Notes under the pieces: generated by a model
What the model was told of the DNA's origin: nothing
What the model saw: the letters and a program-made list of their open reading frames with translations, nothing else
Database searches by the model: none
Part shown: positions 21,251-30,300 of the stretch, one piece after another
Numbering within the stretch: the first letter of the stretch is position 1
How the letters are laid out: every line of letters starts with the position of its first letter
Position numbers and translations under genes: made by a program
NCBI GenBank assembly: GCA_963833575.1
Contig: CAWHXY010000007.1
Location: 576,001-640,000, forward strand
From: Candidatus Bathyarchaeota archaeon
GTDB lineage: Archaea > Thermoproteota > Bathyarchaeia > Bathyarchaeales > Bathycorpusculaceae
Direction of reading: 5' to 3'
DNA: 64,000 bases

Positions 21251-23905
21251 TTATGGTCGTTTGCGGGTCATTAATAGCATAAGCACTGCGCCGACAATGA
21301 TTACTACGATTATTATCGCTATTGCCGAAGCTAAGATGTATGTGTCGGTGTTTGATGCTACTGGTGCTGTAGTTGGTGCTGGACTGGCTGCTGCCTGCAT
21401 AACCGTGAAGCCGTCTTCAGCGTATGATGGCCAATACCCGTTGGTTCCGTGGAATGTTGCGATGACGCTGTAGTTGCCTGAAATGTTGGGTGTCCATGTC
21501 ATTCTGTAGTTGCCGGTTGCGTCAGTTGTGGTTGTGCCTATGTTTCGATAGTTGCCGTTAGAGTCTAAAACGTCCACTGTTACGTCAACGCCTGTGAAGG
21601 TTGTTGGAAGCGCTTTTTGCTGGTAGACGTATCCCATCCAGTCTTTCATACTTGCGTCAGATGCAACTGGAACTCCGTTGGGGAAATCAGCTGCTTGCTG
21701 AGATTGCTTTGTACCAGCAGAAACATCCAAGACTGTTCCAGAGATTACAACTGGTTGCCCGAATGATAGACCACTATGAGGTACTGAAACTGTAGTAACG
21801 CTTGGTCCTCTGCCGATGCCGTAGACTTGGCAGTCATACCCATTGAACATTGTTGCATAACCGTCTGCAATAGCGGCTGTTGCAGTGTTAAATGCGCTTG
21901 TGTAACATGAAAGAGTCCAGATTTCTGTTCCGTCAGTAGCGTTGATACCGCGTGTCAATGCGCCCTTGTAAATTGGTGTAGTGACCGTGTGTTCGGTTGT
22001 AATAGTGTACAGTACTCCGTTGCCGATAGCGTATATTGTGGTGGGAAAATTGCCGCGTTGTCCGTACCCAAAGCTTGTACTGTTTCCATCGCCGCCATTA
22101 CCGTAGGTCCACAGTAGATTGCCAGTTTTTGAATCGTAGCAGTAGATTATTCCTCCGTATCCAGCACTGTAGATTTTACCGTATGCCATTATGCATCCTC
22201 CTCTTCCACCACTGTAGTATCCAAGAGTGCTATAGTATTGGAATGCAACTTGGTCGCCGACTGGACCCCAAATTTTCTGACCTGTTGCCATGCTGTATCC
22301 TACTCGTTGCATTGTTTCTTTATACGTTTCAGCAAAGACGCCGACAGTTGGGTCAGCTCCGATGTATGAAACACTGATGTTGCCTGCGGGTGGTTGAACT
22401 GTATTTGTCCATAGCATTGTACCGATTGAACCGTTAGTTGCATTGAGGTTAACTGCAAAGTAAGTGTAGGGAGACCAGCTTGTAACGGTTAGTAGACCAG
22501 GACCAGCTGGATAAATGCCGCTCATGCCAAGCAACATATCATCTTTGACGATATCCACTATGGAAGATGCTTGAGTCATAGTGTTGAGTGCGGGCATCGA
22601 AATATTCCAGTCTAATAGGCTCGGATCGCTTCCGTCAGTTATTGGTGGAACCACTGCTGGTGTTGTTGATGGACCAGAGTATGTATTGTCCCATAGTCTT
22701 GATGAATTCCATTCTTGCAGATAGTATTTCATGGGGCCAGTAGGATTGCCAAAGAAGTCGGTCGGTCCTAAGTTTACAAGAGAATAAATTAGAACTTCTC
22801 CATTTGGACCCAAAGCTGATGTTCCTGTAGGTACGTTAGTAACGTTAAACATTGGATCTCCCGTGTAGCCATCAAACGCTCGCCATGATGTGCCTGAAAC
22901 AGTAATTAGCATTGGTGGATAAGTTCCATGTTGATTGGGTTCTTGAACATCATATATGTAACCGAAAGTTGGCCATGGTACGTCACTGCGAGACCAAATG
23001 AGTTGTCCTGTTTGCAAATTGACGCATTCAGTTGGACCATAAGGATTCGGATTAAATGCTCCTGCTGTACCTCCGAAAGATAGTGGCGTAGTGAAGTAGA
23101 GCATTCCGTCCATTATTATCGGATCTTCGAATCTTTGAGCATAAGCAGAACCCTCAAAGTAAGTGGCTCCTGTTTGCTGGAAGGCGTTTCCTCCGACTAC
23201 TCCACCACTCTGAATTGGCTTAGTCCACATAATATGGCCCGTCAGAGGACCTACTGCATCGCCTGGATATCCAGTGACACCGCCTGGTCCATTATACCCT
23301 AACCAGTTTGACGAAATCGTGTACCAGTTAGGGTTCTCTCCATATATTGGACGCGTCCAATAAGCAGATGGAAGCGGATTACCAGGAATTGCAGCTATAG
23401 CTGACGACTGAACAGTAAGCGTTGTTGATGCTGAGCTAGGTAGGTAAGTGTCGTTTATATACTCACTTGGTGCAGGTGGACCAAAGAACGAAACAAGTCC
23501 AGTATATGTGTATTTGTATCCAGGGAAAGTAAAGTTAAGCGTGTAGGTACCTGTTTGGGTGGGAGTGAAAATATAGTGCTGATTTGACGTGGGATCTTGG
23601 ACAATTGGAAAAGTCTGTGTTTGTGTTGTGCCGTCAGGTGCAGTGATGAGCAGCTGGTAGTTTTGAAATCGGATGGGATTAGTTGGTTCTGCGAGATCCG
23701 GTATTTTGTCAACCCACATGTATATTATTGCCTGCTGGCCGACACCGATAGGATTAGGGACAGCCTGAACATAGGCGAAGGTTGGAATCTGCCATGGAGG
23801 GGTATGTGCACTAGCAGTTGAAACTAGCAATGTTGAAGCTGAAATCGACAGCATTAAGAATATCACAATAAAACTAGTTATAACTCTATTTTTAGCAAAT
23901 TTCAT
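21251..23905 (-). CDS. large cell-surface PQQ-like beta-propeller protein, paralog 2
   Basis: clear paralog of 14516..17449 (HTPxWQIPTFAY, QAADFPNGVPVASDASMKDWMGYVYQQK, RKRP). Confidence 0.85.
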   Translation of the reverse strand: MKFAKNRVITSFIVIFLMLSISASTLLVSTASAHTPPWQIPTFAYVQAVPNPIGVGQQAIIYMWVDKIPDLAEPTNPIRFQNYQLLITAPDGTTQTQTFPIVQDPTSNQHYIFTPTQTGTYTLNFTFPGYKYTYTGLVSFFGPPAPSEYINDTYLPSSASTTLTVQSSAIAAIPGNPLPSAYWTRPIYGENPNWYTISSNWLGYNGPGGVTGYPGDAVGPLTGHIMWTKPIQSGGVVGGNAFQQTGATYFEGSAYAQRFEDPIIMDGMLYFTTPLSFGGTAGAFNPNPYGPTECVNLQTGQLIWSRSDVPWPTFGYIYDVQEPNQHGTYPPMLITVSGTSWRAFDGYTGDPMFNVTNVPTGTSALGPNGEVLIYSLVNLGPTDFFGNPTGPMKYYLQEWNSSRLWDNTYSGPSTTPAVVPPITDGSDPSLLDWNISMPALNTMTQASSIVDIVKDDMLLGMSGIYPAGPGLLTVTSWSPYTYFAVNLNATNGSIGTMLWTNTVQPPAGNISVSYIGADPTVGVFAETYKETMQRVGYSMATGQKIWGPVGDQVAFQYYSTLGYYSGGRGGCIMAYGKIYSAGYGGIIYCYDSKTGNLLWTYGNGGDGNSTSFGYGQRGNFPTTIYAIGNGVLYTITTEHTVTTPIYKGALTRGINATDGTEIWTLSCYTSAFNTATAAIADGYATMFNGYDCQVYGIGRGPSVTTVSVPHSGLSFGQPVVISGTVLDVSAGTKQSQQAADFPNGVPVASDASMKDWMGYVYQQKALPTTFTGVDVTVDVLDSNGNYRNIGTTTTDATGNYRMTWTPNISGNYSVIATFHGTNGYWPSYAEDGFTVMQAAASPAPTTAPVASNTDTYILASAIAIIIVVIIVGAVLMLLMTRKRP

Positions 23906-24885
23906 GCATTTTTTCTCCTTTTTCTATGTATTACATGTTAACGATATTTCTTTATAAGATTTTGCAAAAACGTAACAGCGTAGCTTCTTAATTAATTAAT
24001 CAGCGCCAAACAATTAACAAAAATGCATTAGTCTTAATTGAAACATTTTTTACACAATAGGCTATGAAATCATTCATAGCGCGGTTAACAGCTACAGATT
24101 CTGGTGTCGGCATCCCAAAAAACACACAAGAAAAGATGTTCACTTTAATGTTTACTATCAAGTTCACGGATCTGCTTAGTTGCTTAATAACTATTGATGG
24201 CGTACATGGATAATGCTGAAGCATTGCAGTTCTTAGAGTTGTCTGCTGAGTGCCCTAATATTGATTAAGCGGTCTTTATCTTTAGACCCGCCAACTTTAA
24301 TGCGAGTTCAAAAAGCTTATACTAGCGCGCGCACACGCGAAATTTAGACTGTCTTCTGAGGTTTCATTTATTGTTCATGAAATATGTTGATTCCCGCACT
24401 CCGCAACTTTTGGATGAAGGGGGCAAGGCAGGCAGGAGCATTGGAGCAATAGCTCGTTATAGATTGGACAAATATTTTTGCGCAGTAGATATAGCTTCTC
24501 GCCTAAAAAGCTATCGGTTATCTTCAGGCTCTCGATAACAACCTGCACAACTGGATTATTCATTTTCCTGCTTTAACGTTGCAAAATGTAAAACCAAAAT
24601 AAGCCCAATGCGCCAATATTTAACAAAATGGAACAAAAACAACCGACTTTCAACTCGATCAACCCCCTAAAACCGCAACTTTCTTGCAAAGGCGCTTTCT
24701 CAATTAGGCAAAGCAAAATAAATTATACCTTCAAATTCTTTTTTCGACATTTTATTCGGAACTAGCGGACGCTGTAAAAATTAGTGATTTTTACGTTTAA
24801 AGCGTCTTGTTCTTCGAGTTTTTGTTATATGGTTTTTAAACATGTTTAGCACCATTGTATATTTAATTGAGAGGGAACTGCATAG

Positions 24886-26064
24886 TTGAATGGGAAACCG
24901 CTTGTCAGCATTGTTAGTGCTGGAATGTCTAGGTTTGGTAGGCATGAGGGTTTGCTTGCTAGAGAAATCTTTTCTGAAGCAGCTCATGAAGCGTTTTGTC
25001 GCTGTCCCAAACTGGATCCTAAGGGCGATATCAAAGCTTTGTTTATTGGTCATATGGGTGAAGCGTATGAGCATCAGGGGCATATGGGAGCGGCTGCTGC
25101 TGACTGGGCGGGTTTAACAGGCATTCCAGCTACTCGTACTGAATCGGCTTGCGCGTCTTCGGGAGCGGCTTTGAGAGCAGGCATTTACGCTACAATGTCT
25201 GGCTTAGCTGACGTAGTTATGGTTGGCGGTGTTGAGAAGATGACTCATCGCACAACAGTTGAGGTTACTGAGTATCTGGCTATGGCATCAGATTTCCCGT
25301 TTGAGCAGTGGCACGGCATCACTTTTCCAGCCCTGTTTGCGATGATGGCGACTGCGCACATGTACAAGTATGGCACGACCGAGAAACAGATGGCTTCGGT
25401 AGCAGTTAAAAACCATTTTCACGGAAGCCTCAATCCGAAAGCTCATATGCAAAAAGAAATTACCCTAGAAGCCGCCTTATCGTCAAAATGTGTGGCTTGG
25501 CCGCTAAAACTCTACGATTGCTCTTTGATAACTGACGGCGCAAGCTGCATAATTCTAGCCAAACCCGAATTAGCTAGTAAATATACTGACATGCCAGTTC
25601 ACATAATTGGAAGCGGGCAAGCCAGCGACAGCATCGGATTATACCAACGCAAAAGCCTAACATCGCTCAACGCCACCAAGCTTGCGGCAAAAACAGCTTA
25701 TGAAATGGCAAAAACCAAACCGCAAGACATAGACTTAGCGGAAGTTCACGACTGTTTCACATTTGCAGAACTCATGGCTTATGAAGACTTAGACTTCTGC
25801 CCAGTCGGAGAAAGCGGGAAACTAATTGAAAGTGGAGAAACATGCCTCGGTGGGCGCATTCCGGTGAACACGAGCGGAGGATTAAAAGCCAAAGGTCACC
25901 CTGTCGGCGCAACCGGAACAGCACAAGCCTACGAAATATACCTCCAACTCACTGAGCAGGCAGGAAAACGCCAAGTAAAAAACGCAAAAATTGGTTTAAC
26001 GCACAATGTTGGTGGGTCAGGCGCTACCTCGGCTGTTCACATATACCGGAGAGATCTGAAATGA
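24886..26064 (+). CDS. archaeal thiolase (acetyl-CoA C-acetyltransferase family)
   Basis: ESACASS, GVEKM, EVHDCF, GHPVGATG, HNVGG. Confidence 0.93.
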   Translation: MNGKPLVSIVSAGMSRFGRHEGLLAREIFSEAAHEAFCRCPKLDPKGDIKALFIGHMGEAYEHQGHMGAAAADWAGLTGIPATRTESACASSGAALRAGIYATMSGLADVVMVGGVEKMTHRTTVEVTEYLAMASDFPFEQWHGITFPALFAMMATAHMYKYGTTEKQMASVAVKNHFHGSLNPKAHMQKEITLEAALSSKCVAWPLKLYDCSLITDGASCIILAKPELASKYTDMPVHIIGSGQASDSIGLYQRKSLTSLNATKLAAKTAYEMAKTKPQDIDLAEVHDCFTFAELMAYEDLDFCPVGESGKLIESGETCLGGRIPVNTSGGLKAKGHPVGATGTAQAYEIYLQLTEQAGKRQVKNAKIGLTHNVGGSGATSAVHIYRRDLK

Positions 26065-26459
26065 GTCAGCCAGAACCATTCACAATCGAGCAATTCTACA
26101 AATTCTTAAAGCAGCAGAAACTTATGGCTGGACAATGCATAAAATGCGGAAAAATCCATCTGCCCCCAAGACCCCTATGTGATAACTGTTTCTCTCAAGA
26201 CTTCAAATGGATCAACATATCTGGAAAAGGAAAACTACTTACATACACCATTATCTGCGTTGCACCACATCAATTCCAATCTCTAACTCCCTATGCCGTG
26301 GGAATAGTGGAACTGGAAAACGGCTTAAGAATACCAGGAATGTTACCGGGTCTGACACAGGAGCAACTAAAAATAGGCATGGAGCTTACATTGGATTTTG
26401 GATCATGCAACACAACACAGCAATGGCCCCAGTGGCAAAGATACTGCTTCAAACCCTAA
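26061..26459 (+). CDS. DUF35 Zn-ribbon/OB-fold thiolase partner
   Basis: CxxC-PPR-CxxC, PYAVGIVELENG; overlaps thiolase stop. Confidence 0.9.
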   Translation: MSQPEPFTIEQFYKFLKQQKLMAGQCIKCGKIHLPPRPLCDNCFSQDFKWINISGKGKLLTYTIICVAPHQFQSLTPYAVGIVELENGLRIPGMLPGLTQEQLKIGMELTLDFGSCNTTQQWPQWQRYCFKP

Positions 26460-26582
26460 CAGTTAAACAAAATAACTGTTGTCTAACTTGTTTTGTTTTT
26501 TCACCCTTAACCGCCATCTTTATGTCAAAAAAACCTTTATTCACGATTAGATAAATAGGCTTTACTTTAGAAGCTGAATAAA

Positions 26583-27203
26583 GTGAATGAAAAATCAAAG
26601 TTGTGCCTTGTTTCTTGCAGTGTCTTAAGAGAGGAGCTTGAGCAATTAGTTAAACAAGGCGACCTTGATGCAGATCTAGTTTTTGTCAGCAAATACTTCC
26701 ATGTGGACTACGAAGCCGTAGAGAAAAACCTGCGTAAAGTTCTAGAACACACACTTAGAATCTCTAACCGAAAAGTTTTGTTGGTTTACGGCGATCTCTG
26801 CCTTGGACAAAACGACGAAATGAAAAAGCTAGCTGAGGAATATGGTGTAGTTAAAGTTGACGCTGTAAACTGTATTGATTGCCAACTTGGGGGAAAAGGA
26901 AAATTCTTTGATGTTGATCCTGAGCATAAGCTTATGTTTATGGGTCCCGGAATGATTGGTTTCTTTACGCATGCGAAGGAAACAATACTCAAAGAAGGAG
27001 TTGATGAAGAAGCATTTGCAAACATGTTCAGAGGGATTAAAGGTTTCGTAATCTTAGACACTTGCGGGAACGAAGAAAAACTTGTGTCAGAGATTAGAAA
27101 GTCAGGCATCGAACTTCCAATTCTGGAAATAAGAAAAATCGGTATCGAAGGCGTTAAGCAAGTGGTTTTTGATGCAATTGACCGGGTAAGTAGAGCCAAG
27201 TAA
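26583..27203 (+). CDS. DUF1638 family protein
   Basis: SCSVLREE, YGDLC, NCIDCQLGG. Confidence 0.7.
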   Translation: MNEKSKLCLVSCSVLREELEQLVKQGDLDADLVFVSKYFHVDYEAVEKNLRKVLEHTLRISNRKVLLVYGDLCLGQNDEMKKLAEEYGVVKVDAVNCIDCQLGGKGKFFDVDPEHKLMFMGPGMIGFFTHAKETILKEGVDEEAFANMFRGIKGFVILDTCGNEEKLVSEIRKSGIELPILEIRKIGIEGVKQVVFDAIDRVSRAK

Positions 27204-27317
27204 CTCTTTTGCAGCTTAAAAGTTAAGTAATTGATTTCTCCAAGACCGATGGTGTTACCGCAAATATTAAAGAAGCATCAGCACATATGGAAGCTATTAC
27301 TTGGATGTGCGTCTTAG

Positions 27318-30300
27318 ATGGCATCAACAGTTACTTCTCAGCCTATGAAACGAGTTGAAGATTGGAAATCCCGATTAATCGATCTTTCAAGGAGAAACAA
27401 TCTTCTTTACTTCAGAAAGAACCGACGTGGAAACCTGCCTATCTCGCAGCCTGAAGCACAAACAATCTTCAATGCACTAGTGATAAAAAAGCGTCGTTTA
27501 GAATTTTGGGCGCCACCTGAAGAGGTAAAAACGACGGAAATGCCTGAAAAAGTAAAAGGCAAAGGAAAAGCCAAAGCTAAAACGGCTAAAGCGACAGCAA
27601 AAGCCGCTATTAAAGAAACAGCAACAGAAGAAGTAAAACAACGCCCAACAGCAAATCAATTGGTCAGCGGAAGCTTATCTCGCCAAGACCTCGAAAGGAC
27701 ACTTAAAGGTTTGCAATGGCGTTCACTTCTTGATTATCGGGAACGAGGGGTCCGCATTTTACACGCTGCCTTTGGCACCCTAAACTGGGTGGATCAAGAA
27801 ACAAAAGAAAACGTCCAGTCACCACTAATTCTTGTACCTTTAGAATTAACTAAAGACTCAATACGCCAACCCTACACAATCGCCGTACCCCCAGTTGAAG
27901 AAGAAGCCGTCTTAAACCCCGCATTACAAGTCAAGCTCAAAAATGATTACAAAATCGATTTGCCACCTTTACCTGAAGGATGGGAAACCCAAAACCTGGC
28001 AGACTACTTCACCTTAGTCAATAAAGCAGTTGAACAAATGGGTTGGAAATCCGAGACATCGGTTGATCTAAGTCTTTTTTCATTCCAAAAACTGGTCATT
28101 TACAAGGATCTTGAAGCAAACGCCAACTTAGTTACGCAGCATCCACTTATCAGGGCAATTGCCGGAGTAAAAGAAGAAAACCTCATAGTAGAGGGGTTGC
28201 CAGACGAGAAAGACGTCGACAAAATTGAGTTGCCAGCACAAACATACCAGGTTCTTGATGCCGACAGCAGTCAGCGAGTCTCAATCGAATATGCATTACA
28301 CGGACAAAGCTTCGTTATGAAAGGGCCACCTGGCACGGGAAAAAGCCAAACCATCGCCAACATAATCGCCGAATGCATCGCTAATGGAAAATCCGTTCTC
28401 TTCGTCAGTGACAAAATGGCTGCTCTAGAAGTAGTTTACAAACGTTTGAGCGAAGTAGGTTTAGCCCATTTCTGCCTTGAGCTTCACAGCAGCAAAGCCA
28501 ACAAGCAACAAGTTGTAGCTGAACTCAAACGTAGCTTAGATGAAAACCTCGTCCCACGCAAGTTACCCTCGGCTCATGAATTTGAACGGATGACGCAGTA
28601 CCGTGAAACACTAAACGGTTACGTTACAGCATTACATGAAAAACGCCCATACTTGCAGAAAAGTGCTTACGAAATTTTGAGCCTAATTTCAAGTTTGGAG
28701 CGCCTTCCATTCGTTCCCGTAGGCTTAACTGAAATTGGAACGCTAACTCCCCAAAAAATGCAGGAACTCGAAGAACTCGTCTCTCACCTTAGCAAGGTTT
28801 GGCAAGTTATCGAAGAACCAGACTTCCCCTGGCTAGGATACCGCGCCAACACCTATAACTTGGAAATTCGCTCTGAAGTGCTAACAGCACTTGAAAACAT
28901 TAAAGAAACATTACATGAAATGCAACTGGAAACTGAAGATTTCTCATCTAAACTGGGAGTTTCTCCGCCAAAAACATTTTCTAAAACAAACTGGTTGCTT
29001 GAAGTAAGCCAGTTATTGTTTGAAAGCCCAAAACCAGAAGCTTACTGGTTAACAAGCCCTGACATTGAAAAGCTCGTGAGCGAGGCTAAGACCTATGGTG
29101 AAACCGCAGCCTGGATAAAGAACACCCGAACCAACCTCAATGAAAGGTACAACGTATCGTTGTTCACCTTAGTTCTTAACAGATCGGCTGAAATCAAAAT
29201 GCAGCTTGAATCCCTTAGTAAGATGCTTCCCGCAGTAGAACTGCAAGATAGCAAATTTTTACAAGAAAGAGAAAAATTCCTATCATTCATAAAAAACACC
29301 CAGCTATCAGTCAGGAAGTGGCGTGAAAACTCAAAAGCGCTCGCTCAAATGTTCGGATTAGACAGCGATGACTGGACAATTAACCGACTAAATGAATTAT
29401 CACGACTTGCTCTACTTTGCTTCGCTGAAGACAAGCCGGAACTTCAATGGTTCGACGCAAAATATCTTGAGCAGGTTGAAGAAACAGTATCAAAAGCAAA
29501 ACTCCAATACCAAGACTACAACTTGCTAAAAAGCAGATTAGATGAGACTTACAGCGATCGAATCTACGACTTGAAACTAGACGAGCTCATAGCTAGATAC
29601 AGCGGACCATACCAAAGCGGTCTAAAAATCTTCAATTCAACCTATCGCAGCGACCAAAAACTAATTGCCAGCTTAGCCAATGACGGAAAAGTTCCAAAAA
29701 ACGTACTGAATGACCTTATTGATGCACGCAAAGTCAAAAAACTGCATTCGCAAATAGAAGAATCAGCTGAAACAGTTCGCACTCTGCTTGGGCATTTTTA
29801 TGATAAATCCAAACCTGATTTTCAAGGTGCCGAAAAAGCGATACAATTAACAGTTGAAATAAAAAAGTTTTCGTGGGCAATACAAATTCCTGAAAATCTT
29901 CTCAAACTGATAACTAACACTTCAAGTCCTTCGCCGATGATTAAGAATTTAGGTTTAGATCTACAAGAATCAGTTGATAGATGGCAGCAACTTGCCAAAG
30001 ACATAGAACAATCTTTACCCGTAAGCTTGCCAAAATCCGATGTATCTATCACTCAAACCTCACTCTCTCTGCTTGAAGAATGGGCAAACGAAACAGAAAA
30101 ACAGCTAAACCCACTATGTACATTGACAAAAGAAACGTTGGCAACCTGTAGGCAAGAACCTCAAAGCTACAAAAAACTGCTTGAAGACCTCAGCAACGCT
30201 GAAGATGTACGAAAGAAAGAAGCAGCGATCATAGGTGAAAAGGCTCAACTTCAAGCAAAATTTGGCGTCCGTTTTCGTGAACTTGAAGCAAACTGGGAAG

